36,138 nucleotides of DNA from Polyangiales bacterium. Its GTDB lineage: Bacteria > Myxococcota_A > Polyangia > Polyangiales > Polyangiaceae. The translations under genes were made by a program, and so were the position numbers. Positions within the stretch are counted from its first letter, which is position 1; each line of letters starts with the position of its first letter. Shown here piece after piece: positions 11,076-21,976 of this stretch. Where the stretch lies: contig JBBRNJ010000084.1 of assembly GCA_038230375.1 (NCBI GenBank), forward strand, positions 1 through 36,138, read 5' to 3'. The notes under the pieces are model-generated. The model did not search any database and was not told the origin of the DNA. It saw only the letters and a list, made by a program, of their open reading frames with translations.

Positions 11076-11936
11076 ATGATGGGAAATAGACGGGGCCGGG
11101 GTTTCGCTCTCGTTCTTGGGTCGTTGCTGGCTGCACCGCTTCTGGCGAACTGCTCCGGTCAGCTGAAGACGGACGCAACGAGCGACGGTGGACCGGGCGC
11201 CGGCGCAGAGCGAGGTGCCTGCTACCCGAACGACACATGCAACGCCGGGCTCACGTGTCTCTCGCACGTGTGCGTGAGCGCCGGGGCCGACGGAAGCGTG
11301 GACCCGTTCCCGATGATCGACGGAAGCTTGCAGCCAGTGGATGGTGGCGACAACCAGTGGGAGACGAGCGCGCCGTTCGACGCGGGGTCAGTCACCACGC
11401 TGTACGAGCGTCTGGGCACGCGCGCCGGTATCGCGTCGCTCACCAAGCAAATGTTCGAGGGCGCGAACGGCGAGCTCGCGGACGCGCAGCTCCTCTCCTA
11501 CTTCTACATCCGCACGGGTGGGATCGGGAGTGGGGCGGGTGGTGCGCCCAGTCTCGCCGTGGTCGAGGACTGCTTCACGCAGTTCATCGCGAAGGCGACG
11601 GGCGGTCCGGAGGCGTACCCATTCACGTCGGTCGCAGGCGGCGCGAACTTCGTGTGTCGCGACATGGCGACCGCGCATGCGGGCCTTGGTGCGACCAGCG
11701 CTGCGTTCCAGAAGTTCGTCACCATCTTCGCAGCGACATGCACGGCCGCTGGCGTGAGCCAGTCGGATCTTCAGACGCTCGGTGGTGCCATCCTCGGCAC
11801 TGCGTCGGACATCGTCGATCAGGCGCGCAACAAGGCGCAGCAAGAAGCAGGCGTGGATGCCGCCCATTCCTATGGTGCTCGATGCTCCGACATCGTCGGC
11901 GGCGCGGCCACGGCGCCGGGGTGCACCACACCTTGA
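11076..11936 (+). CDS. Lipoprotein with a small Cys module and a group I (N-type) truncated hemoglobin-like domain
   Basis: Lipobox 'LANC'; module 'CYPNDTCNAGLTCLSHVC'; globin hallmarks 'TLYERLG..AGI', 'LADAQLLSYF', 'ATGGP..Y', 'RDMATAHAGL' (proximal His F8) and 'F..F......AAGV'. Confidence 0.8.
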   Translation: MMGNRRGRGFALVLGSLLAAPLLANCSGQLKTDATSDGGPGAGAERGACYPNDTCNAGLTCLSHVCVSAGADGSVDPFPMIDGSLQPVDGGDNQWETSAPFDAGSVTTLYERLGTRAGIASLTKQMFEGANGELADAQLLSYFYIRTGGIGSGAGGAPSLAVVEDCFTQFIAKATGGPEAYPFTSVAGGANFVCRDMATAHAGLGATSAAFQKFVTIFAATCTAAGVSQSDLQTLGGAILGTASDIVDQARNKAQQEAGVDAAHSYGARCSDIVGGAATAPGCTTP

Positions 11937-13546
11937 GGCGGCTCCTTCCCGCGCTCGCGCTCGGGCTCGCCATCGTCGCCGCGTGCGGCGGTAGCGATTC
12001 CGGCGGCGGCGGAAACGGGGTTGGCGCGGATGGCGGCGACACGGACGGGAGCGTGGGTGCTGGAGGCGATGGTGGCGGCGGTGGAGGCAGCGACTCTGGT
12101 GTGGTCGGAGAGCAGGACGCAGCGACGCCTCCTCCTCCCATGCCGGTGTGCACGCCGCCGGTCGTCGCGGTGGACACATCGAAGCCGACCACCGTGGTCG
12201 GCACCGGCACCGCGGCGAGCTGCACGGAAGCAGCGTTCCGCGCGGCGGTCACCGCAGGGGGCATTGTCACCTTCAACTGCGGCAGCGCGCCCGCCATGAT
12301 CACCGTCACCAAGGAGGTCGCGATCGCGAAGGACACCACCATCGACGGTGGCAGCAAGGTCACGCTCAGCGGCGGAAAGACCACACGCATCCTCCACATC
12401 ACGAGCGCGTTCAACGTGGCAACGCCCCTGCTCACGGTGCAGAAGCTCGCGTTCACGAACGGCTTCACCACCGACGTCCTCAACACGAAGTCCACGGCAC
12501 AAGGCGGCGGAGCCATCTTCCAGGACGGCGGTTCGCTCACCGTGATCGACTGCACGTTCACGCACAACACGTGCGCCTCTACAGGGCAGGACGTGTCAGG
12601 CGGCGCGATCAACGGGCAGGGCGTCGGCAAGCTCGTGATCACCGGCAGCGTCTTCTCCGACAACTCCGGCTCGAACGGCGGCGCTGTCGGGACCCAGGAC
12701 CAGGACGTGACCGTCGTGAACAGCACGTTCGCGAACAACTCCGCCACCGGCACGGACGGCAATCCCGGCAACGGCGGCGATGGTGGCGCGCTCTCGTACG
12801 ACGGCGCGAAGATCCCGCTCACGTTCTGCGGAGACACGTTCACCGGCAACAATGCGAACGCATCGGGCGGCGCCGTCTTCCGCGTTGCATATGGAAATGG
12901 CGAGCCCGTCAACATTGACCGCTGTACGTTCGACGGCAACGCCGTGGACATGACCAAGGGCAACGCTGGCGCGCTGTATCTCGAGAACGCCGCGATCACC
13001 ATGAGCGCCACCACCATCTCCAACAACTCGGCGAACTTTGGCGGCGGCTTCTGGGCAGGGCAGAGCGCGATCCTCAAGATGACGAACGTCACCATTGCCA
13101 ACAACGTGTCGAACATGGGCGGCGGCATGTGGTTCGCGAACATGATCACGGGCACGCTCACCAACTGCACCGTCACTGGCAACCTGGGCGACGGGCTCTT
13201 CGGCGGTGACACCGGCGTGTCGCTCGTCAACACGCTGGTCGCGGGGAACATCCCCAGCGCCATGGCCAGCGCCGATCATGCTGTGAATTGCCAGAAGACA
13301 CATGGCGGCTCCGGCGCCACCGTGATGCAGTTCCCCAAGGGGAACGGACAGGACTGCGTGACCGGCGTCACCTTCGCAGATCCCGCGTTCGCGAAGCTCG
13401 CCGACAACGGTGGCCCCACGAAGACCGTGGCGATCACCGCGACGAGCCCCGCGGCAGGCAAGGGCATCGCATGCCCGGCGACGGATCAGCGTGGCAATGC
13501 TCGTCCTGCCACGGGCTGCGCGCTCGGCGCATTCGAGCCCAAATGA
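11933..13546 (+). CDS. Exported right-handed beta-helix protein (Pmp-like GGA/FxxN repeats, choice-of-anchor-Q-like C-terminus), lipoprotein
   Basis: TTG start overlaps the upstream TGA (TTGA); lipobox 'VAAC'; repeated GGA(I/V/L) and FxxN; C-terminal 'LADNGGPT.T.A....SPA...G...CPATDQRG..RP...GAFE'. Confidence 0.85.
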   Translation: MRRLLPALALGLAIVAACGGSDSGGGGNGVGADGGDTDGSVGAGGDGGGGGGSDSGVVGEQDAATPPPPMPVCTPPVVAVDTSKPTTVVGTGTAASCTEAAFRAAVTAGGIVTFNCGSAPAMITVTKEVAIAKDTTIDGGSKVTLSGGKTTRILHITSAFNVATPLLTVQKLAFTNGFTTDVLNTKSTAQGGGAIFQDGGSLTVIDCTFTHNTCASTGQDVSGGAINGQGVGKLVITGSVFSDNSGSNGGAVGTQDQDVTVVNSTFANNSATGTDGNPGNGGDGGALSYDGAKIPLTFCGDTFTGNNANASGGAVFRVAYGNGEPVNIDRCTFDGNAVDMTKGNAGALYLENAAITMSATTISNNSANFGGGFWAGQSAILKMTNVTIANNVSNMGGGMWFANMITGTLTNCTVTGNLGDGLFGGDTGVSLVNTLVAGNIPSAMASADHAVNCQKTHGGSGATVMQFPKGNGQDCVTGVTFADPAFAKLADNGGPTKTVAITATSPAAGKGIACPATDQRGNARPATGCALGAFEPK

Positions 13547-14598
13547 GCTCGACGCGCCCCGAGAGCGAGGACCGTGAGGTCACGCGGTTCGGCATCATCG
13601 GGTGCGGTCGTATCGCCACGAGCGCGGTCGCCCCCGCGATCCGGTGGGCGAAGAACGCGCGGCTCCAGGCGATCGGCTCACGCTCCCTCTCGGTGGCAGA
13701 GGACAGAGCGCAGACGCTCGAAGCGGCGCGGGCGTACGGCAGCTACCAGGCCGTACTGGAGGATCCCGAAGTAGATGCAGTCTACATTGGTCTCCCGAAC
13801 CACCTGCACGTGGAATGGGCGCGTCGCGCGCTTGTCGCTGGCAAGCACGTGCTCTGCGAGAAGAGCCTCACGGACGATCCGGCCGCGGCGCGCTCGCTCG
13901 CGCAGGACGCACACACGCGTGGTCTCCGCCTGGTCGAGGCGTTCATGTACCGTCATCACCCGCAGTGGACGCTGGTGCGTAATCTGCTGGACGAGGGCGC
14001 CATCGGCGACGTGCAGGCGCTCCGCATCTGGCTCGCCGGTGTGATGCCAGAGGACGATCATCGCCTGAGCGACGAAGGCGGCGGCGCGCTGTTCGACGTG
14101 ACCTGCTACGGCGTGAACGCCGCGCGTTTCTTGCTGGGCAAGGAGCCCGGCGCGGTCAGCGCGATGGCGGCGTGGAAGGGCGAAGTGGATGTGTCGTCGA
14201 TGGCCACGCTCGCATTCCCGGCAGAGAACGGCGCGAAGGGTGTGCTCGCATCGGTGTGGGGCTCCCTTGCGTCGTCGACGGAGGAGGGGCTCGTCGTGTC
14301 GGGTACGCGCGGTCGCATCGAGGTGGCGCGTCCCTTCATGCCGGGGTGGGATCAAACGGAGCTCGTGCTCCATCGCGACGGCGCTCGGTCCCTCATTCGC
14401 GCAGGCGGCGCGAACCACTACCTGCACATGGTGGAGCACTTCTCGTCGCTCGTGACCGATCCGTCGCGCGAGACGTTTCCCGCAGAGGACGGGACCGCGA
14501 ACGCCGCGGCGTGCGACGCTGTGCGAGAGGCCGCGCGCACCGGACGCTGGGTCCGCGTGACTGGGCCCGCTACAGCGTCCCTGCGACTCCAAGCGTGA
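13543..14598 (+). CDS. Gfo/Idh/MocA family NAD(P)-dependent oxidoreductase
   Basis: ATGA overlap with upstream gene; 'FGIIGCGRIA', 'DAVYIGLPNHLH', 'AGKHVLCEKS', 'EAFMYRHHPQ', 'GGGALFDVTCY'. Confidence 0.92.
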   Translation: MSSTRPESEDREVTRFGIIGCGRIATSAVAPAIRWAKNARLQAIGSRSLSVAEDRAQTLEAARAYGSYQAVLEDPEVDAVYIGLPNHLHVEWARRALVAGKHVLCEKSLTDDPAAARSLAQDAHTRGLRLVEAFMYRHHPQWTLVRNLLDEGAIGDVQALRIWLAGVMPEDDHRLSDEGGGALFDVTCYGVNAARFLLGKEPGAVSAMAAWKGEVDVSSMATLAFPAENGAKGVLASVWGSLASSTEEGLVVSGTRGRIEVARPFMPGWDQTELVLHRDGARSLIRAGGANHYLHMVEHFSSLVTDPSRETFPAEDGTANAAACDAVREAARTGRWVRVTGPATASLRLQA

Positions 14599-15907
14599 GC
14601 CCGTGGCCGCTCGCGGCCGGTGTGACCATGGGCCGCGCGTTCGTGAGCCACGAGGCCTTGTCGTTCGTCGGCTGCGCGCGTTCTGCCGGGTAATCGTGGT
14701 CCATTCCGTTCGTGAGCCACCACGCAGTGCCGAGCCCCGCGGCCATGCCGAGGGTCGCGAGCCCGGACGCCAGCCGACCATCGCTCTGGTTCTGGTTCGC
14801 GACGATGCCGTACGCACCAAGGCCAGCGAGCCCGCCGAGGATGCCGCCCGTGTCGAGCAGACGCACGCGCCAGATCGACGGCGAGACGATGTGCGCGAAG
14901 TATCCGCCGAGCGCCATGCCGCCTGTGACGCCAACGCCTGCTGCTGCAAGCCCTGGCCGCGCGTCGCCCGCGGTCGCGAACGCAGTGGTGCCGAAGCCCG
15001 CCAGCATTCCGGTCCACAGCGCGCTCGAGCCCGCGAACGCCGCGCGTCCCGGGCTGGTCCCGAACGCCTCGCCGAAGATGCCGCCGCTGACCGCGCCCAG
15101 CGTTCCTGCGCTCCACACGAAGGTCGCGAGCTCTGGTCCCTGCCAGTGCCCCGACTGGTCGCCCGTGTTCGCGAACAGCGACCACACGATGCCCTCTTCG
15201 AGCCCGATGTACATGCCGCTCACGATCGACTGCGGAACGCCGTAGTGAAAGCCGCGCCCCCAATCCAGCGCGACGACCGTCCCGACTGACGCGCCCGTAG
15301 AAAGAAGGAGCGACACGGTGACGGCGGCCGTCGTGGTCGCCTTGCCTGCGACCGCGAAGAAGAGCCCGGTGCCCAATCCGTAGAGGACGGAGCTGGAGTA
15401 GAGGCCGACGATCTCGTCGGTCGAGCGATGGTCCGTGGCCTTGCCTGCGATCTGCGTCTCGGGCATATCCGATCGCCGCACGAGGACTAGCCCGCGCCGC
15501 GACCATTCGTCCGCGACTGTCCAGTGTTCGTGCGCGAGCGTGCGGTCCGCGCGATTCGTCGCGAGCTTCTCGAGCTCCGAGAAACGAACAGCAGCTTCGT
15601 TGAACTCGCCGGTGAGGAGCTTTGCGCGCGCGTCCTCGCAGCCCGCTTGCCACACACGGCTCGTGGGGGACTCGACGAGGAGGTCGGGGGAAGGGGATGG
15701 GGTTGGGGGTAGGGTCGGGGTCGAGGTCGGGGTCGGGGTCGAGGTCGAGGTCGGGGTCGAGGTCGGGGTCGAGGTTGGGGTCGGGGTCGGGGGTAGGGGT
15801 GGGGTTACGGTCGGGGTTGGGGTTGGTTCCTGGGCCCAGGCCCGTGTGGTGCCCAGGATCAGGGGAAGAAGCGCGGCTAGCAGCACTAGAGACCCCGTCG
15901 CTCGCAT
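14570..15907 (-). CDS. Hypothetical secreted/membrane protein with a Pro/Thr linker and multiple Gly-rich hydrophobic segments
   Basis: Signal peptide 'AWA-Q', (PT/ST)n linker, short helical region, then several Gly-rich hydrophobic segments; 3' end overlaps the convergent oxidoreductase gene by 29 bp. Confidence 0.75.
   Translation of the reverse strand: MRATGSLVLLAALLPLILGTTRAWAQEPTPTPTVTPPLPPTPTPTSTPTSTPTSTSTPTPTSTPTLPPTPSPSPDLLVESPTSRVWQAGCEDARAKLLTGEFNEAAVRFSELEKLATNRADRTLAHEHWTVADEWSRRGLVLVRRSDMPETQIAGKATDHRSTDEIVGLYSSSVLYGLGTGLFFAVAGKATTTAAVTVSLLLSTGASVGTVVALDWGRGFHYGVPQSIVSGMYIGLEEGIVWSLFANTGDQSGHWQGPELATFVWSAGTLGAVSGGIFGEAFGTSPGRAAFAGSSALWTGMLAGFGTTAFATAGDARPGLAAAGVGVTGGMALGGYFAHIVSPSIWRVRLLDTGGILGGLAGLGAYGIVANQNQSDGRLASGLATLGMAAGLGTAWWLTNGMDHDYPAERAQPTNDKASWLTNARPMVTPAASGHGLTLGVAGTL
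15690..15828. repeat. Coding hexamer repeat (GTCGGG/GTCGAG)n encoding the PT/ST linker
   Basis: Run of GTCGGG/GTCGAG/GTTGGG units on the + strand within CDS 14570..15907. Confidence 0.9.
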
Positions 15908-15987
15908 CTGCCGAGCATACGGGCAAACTGTTCCGTTGCGCGGTGGAGACCCTGCATTTCGGGAAAAAAAGCGCTAAAGTTCCCCTC

Positions 15988-16524
15988 ATGAAGGCGAAGA
16001 TCCTCGTTCGGTCGGTGTGTCTCGTTGCAACCCTCGCGTTCTCCGTGGCGCTCGTTCCCGGCTGCGGTGATGGCGGCGGTGGCGAGGCGAAGCACGCGAC
16101 CATTTCCTCCGGCCCCATGCCCGAGGGCGAGAGCTGGACTGGCGTCTACTTCCATCCCGTGTACGGCTACCTCCACCTCGTGGAAGAGGGCTCGAACGTG
16201 GTCGGCAAGTGGAAGCGCGCGGACCAGAGCAAGTGGGGCGAGCTCTCCGGCACGCATACCGGCAACGTCCTTCGCTTCACGTGGAAGGAGCACACCATCG
16301 GCCTCGTCGGCGCTGGCGGGGAGTCCATGGGCAAGGGCCACTTCGTCTACAAGCTGCCGAAGGACGGCAAGATCCCCGAGCTCGACGGCCAGTACGGCAT
16401 CAACAACGACGAGACCGGCAGCGACTGGCACAACGTGAAGCAGCAGCGCATGACGCCGGATCTCAAGTCGATCAACGGCGACACGGGCGGCCTATCCACC
16501 CCCGCCGCCGGCAAATGGGACTGA
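15988..16524 (+). CDS. Hypothetical lipoprotein (small beta-rich domain)
   Basis: ATG 15988; signal peptide ending 'VPGC'; 'WTGVYFHPVYGYLHL...GKW...GELSG...LRFTW'; strong GC3 coding bias. Confidence 0.8.
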   Translation: MKAKILVRSVCLVATLAFSVALVPGCGDGGGGEAKHATISSGPMPEGESWTGVYFHPVYGYLHLVEEGSNVVGKWKRADQSKWGELSGTHTGNVLRFTWKEHTIGLVGAGGESMGKGHFVYKLPKDGKIPELDGQYGINNDETGSDWHNVKQQRMTPDLKSINGDTGGLSTPAAGKWD

Positions 16525-16668
16525 AACGACCTCGCCTCGCGCCAGGCGCATCCCGGCAGCCGAGCTTTTGGGCTCCGCGGCGTGCTCACGTACTGGAGTA
16601 CGTTCCGCGCGCTGCTCGCCCGAAAAGCTCGCCTGCCGGGCGCGCCTGACGCGATCCGAGGTCGTTTC
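16523..16668. repeat. Long imperfect palindrome (REP/MITE-like element), copy 1
   Basis: Arm pairs GAAACGACCTCG/CGAGGTCGTTTC, CCCGGCAG/CTGCCGGG and CGAGCTTTT/AAAAGCTCG around the core GTGCTCACGTACtgGAGTACGTTCC (16582-16606). Confidence 0.9.
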
Positions 16669-16778
16669 CACTTATGGTTTGAGAGAGTCGGGAACATGTA
16701 GTGTGCATGCTCTCTTTTCGATCTGGGCGACTCCGCCTTCGGCGTCGATTTTTTTTACTCGGTCTACAGGGTTCCACG

Positions 16779-19653
<2,875 letters not shown>

Positions 19654-19655
<2 letters not shown>

Positions 19656-19875
19656 CAGCATCGCCTGGGGCGAGATCACGCGCCTCGTGATCCCCGACGG
19701 GGGACATCCCGCCATGCGAGGCTTCGAGCTGCGCGCGGTGCTCACGTACAAGAGTACGTTCCCCCCCGCCGGGGATCACGAAGCGCGTCGCTCCGTGCTC
19801 GCTCGAAGCACCCCGTCGGGTATCACGAAGCGCGTCCTCGCCTGACGGGCGGCTCTCGCCCCATGCGACGCTGTT
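19654..19875. repeat. Long imperfect palindrome (REP/MITE-like element), copy 2
   Basis: Outer arms AACAGCATCGCCTGGGGCGAGA / TCTCGCCCCATGCGACGCTGTT (20/22 complementary); inner arms ACGCGCCTCGTGATCCCCGACGGGG / CCCCGTCGGGTATCACGAAGCGCGT; core GTGCTCACGTACaaGAGTACGTTCC (19738-19762). Confidence 0.9.
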
Positions 19876-19923
19876 CGCTTGCGCGTTGCGGTCCGGGCTT
19901 GTGACTTGGGGACGGTGGGGGGG

Positions 19924-20454
19924 TCAGGCGTCTGGGAAGCCTAGGAAGTGCTTGCCTTGGACGATTGACTCGAAGCTGATTCCGCCTGGCTTCGGGACGC
20001 TCTCCCATGGCGGGTCCACGGGAACGCGCGCCAGGACCGTCCCGTCTAGCGCACGGAACAGGCAATCGAGCTCCCCGGTCTCGAGAACGAATCCAGGCCG
20101 GGCCGCTCGATCGAATCCCCAGAAGAGGCAATGCTCGAATGGGTGGCACACTACGCCGCTGGCCAGATCGACGACACACGACAGGCGCCGACCGCCGAGG
20201 AACAACAGACGCGTCTCCTCGACGAACATGATGGTCAGGTCGGACAGTCCCACCAGCCGCGTATCCAATTCGTACCGGACCACGCGCTCGCGGAGCGTGA
20301 TGAAGACGACAGCATCAACATCATCAGGGTCCCCATCCACGACGTGGACCTCGGCATCAGACCGTGCGCGGCTCCGGTCGCTACAGACCTCCACAAGGAT
20401 CGGTTCGGCGGTCGGCTCGATGCGTATCTTGGGCGAGATCGTTCTTCGGTTCAT
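19924..20454 (-). CDS. Hypothetical protein
   Basis: 176-aa ORF with protein-like composition, filling the gap between the palindrome and the next gene; weaker GC3 bias than its neighbours. Confidence 0.6.
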   Translation of the reverse strand: MNRRTISPKIRIEPTAEPILVEVCSDRSRARSDAEVHVVDGDPDDVDAVVFITLRERVVRYELDTRLVGLSDLTIMFVEETRLLFLGGRRLSCVVDLASGVVCHPFEHCLFWGFDRAARPGFVLETGELDCLFRALDGTVLARVPVDPPWESVPKPGGISFESIVQGKHFLGFPDA

Positions 20455-20496
20455 TGCACGGGGGATAGAAGCTACGCCTGAAGGGCGGCGCGAGGC

Positions 20497-20778
20497 TCAG
20501 AACAGGCGTGGGCCCGTGGGCAGAGCATTGGGGCCGGGGCTGGGGTCCATACGCACGCATGTACCGGGCCCCTTGCCCTTGCCCTCGTTCAAGCACGTCA
20601 TGCCGTTGCCCTTGCAGTCGAGGTCTGCGTAACAGCTGCCGCTCAAGGGAGGCCCTGTCGTGTGTGGCCCCTCGTCTGGAAAGGGCTCGTCCAGTGGCCG
20701 CGGGTCCTTCACGGGTTTCTGAGGCTCCGCACACGCAGTCAGCATCAAAGCTGCGACCATCAGCGTTCTCACAGACAT
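20497..20778 (-). CDS. Small Cys-containing lipoprotein
   Basis: ATG 20778 overlaps the end of the hydrolase gene; 'MSVRTLMVAALMLTAC' lipobox; 'CYADLDC...C...GTC' module. Confidence 0.7.
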   Translation of the reverse strand: MSVRTLMVAALMLTACAEPQKPVKDPRPLDEPFPDEGPHTTGPPLSGSCYADLDCKGNGMTCLNEGKGKGPGTCVRMDPSPGPNALPTGPRLF

Positions 20779-21932
20779 GCGTATGCCGCCTCGATGAGCG
20801 CGATGACGCGCGGGTCCAGAAGGATCTGCGTGCCCATGCGGCACGTGGTGTAGCCGAAGCCAAGGCGCGCCGTGGGGTCCGCGAAGCCGACGGAGCCGCC
20901 CGCACCTGGATGCCCGAAGCTTCCTTCGCTCGGGCCGAACGTGTTGCCTGGTTGTGAAAGCATGTATCCTGCACTGAATCGAGTGGTGACACCCAGTATC
21001 GCGTCTTCGCCGTGAGAACGCTCCTGGCCGCACACCCTGATGGTCTCGGGGGAGAGCACGCGCACGCCGTCCAGCTCGCCACCGCAGCCGAGCGCGCCAT
21101 AGAAACGCGCGAGCGCTCGCGCCGTTGCGTGGCCGTTCACGGAGGGGAGCTCCGCGCCGCGCCACGCGCGAGAGCTCGTGACGCCCGGCATCACGAGTGT
21201 GGGCGGGTTCGTGAACGCACGCGCCGTCATGGACGTGGGCTCGTCCATGATCCGCTGGATGAGCGAAGGTCCCTCGCTTGGGTCGCGGCGGCCAGGTCGG
21301 AGATCGGCGATGCGCGTATCCTCGCTCGCGGCAATGCCGATGTGCGCGTCCAGGCCGAGCGGCGCGGCGATCTCTTCCTTCCAGTAGCGGCCCGGCGTCT
21401 TGCCCGATGCGCGGTGGATCACCTCTCCCACGAGCCACCCGAACGTGAACGCGTGGTAGCCATGCTGCGTCCCCGGCTCCCACCACGGCGTCTCTGCGGC
21501 GAGCGCGCGGGTCATCGTCTCCCAGTCGAAGAGCGCTTCCGGCGGCAGCTGCTCGCGGAGCGCCGGAAGGCCCGCCTTGTGGTCGAGCAACCAGCCCACC
21601 TTCAGGCTTCCCTTTCCTGCGGCCGCGAACTCGGGCCAGTACTTCGCGACGGGCGCGTCCAGCTCCACCTTGCCCTGATCGCACAGGCGAAGCAGGCACG
21701 CGGCGACCCAGCCCTTGGTCGTGGAGAACACGTTCACGAGCGTGTCCTTCTGCCAGAGCGTCGTGCGCTCCTTGTCCACGTGCCCGCCCCACAGGTCCAC
21801 GATCGGCGCGCCATCCAGCGTGATGGCGACAGCGCCGCCGAGGTCGCCGCGCGTCGCGAAGTTCTCCGCAAACGCGTCGCGGACACGGGCGAACCGCGCA
21901 TCGCTTGTGCCTGAAATCGGGGTCGCGATCAT
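20769..21932 (-). CDS. Serine hydrolase, beta-lactamase class C / family VIII esterase-like
   Basis: SxxK 'FSTTK', 'LLDHKAGL', 'GYHAFTFG', 'FGHPGAGGSVGFADP'. Confidence 0.92.
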   Translation of the reverse strand: MIATPISGTSDARFARVRDAFAENFATRGDLGGAVAITLDGAPIVDLWGGHVDKERTTLWQKDTLVNVFSTTKGWVAACLLRLCDQGKVELDAPVAKYWPEFAAAGKGSLKVGWLLDHKAGLPALREQLPPEALFDWETMTRALAAETPWWEPGTQHGYHAFTFGWLVGEVIHRASGKTPGRYWKEEIAAPLGLDAHIGIAASEDTRIADLRPGRRDPSEGPSLIQRIMDEPTSMTARAFTNPPTLVMPGVTSSRAWRGAELPSVNGHATARALARFYGALGCGGELDGVRVLSPETIRVCGQERSHGEDAILGVTTRFSAGYMLSQPGNTFGPSEGSFGHPGAGGSVGFADPTARLGFGYTTCRMGTQILLDPRVIALIEAAYACL

Positions 21933-21976
21933 CCGTTCATCCTACCTCGCAACGGTCGCGGTATCATTCCTGACCG

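Noticed and set aside
11237..11932. N-terminal extension of the 769-aa ORF (and similar extensions for ORFs starting at 8531, 13288, 15622, 31113, 31472 and 31867)
   Set aside because: These overlap real upstream genes in another frame; signal peptides and stop/start overlaps indicate later starts.
16669..16778. Glycine riboswitch upstream of gcvP
   Set aside because: The aptamer elements (GGAGA..CCGAAG..CUCUCAGG) are not present in order on the sense strand; CGCCGAAGG occurs only antisense.
20769..21932. Beta-lactam resistance gene
   Set aside because: Motifs fit family VIII esterase-like serine hydrolases ('YHAFT', 'GHPG') rather than AmpC (YxN, KTG).
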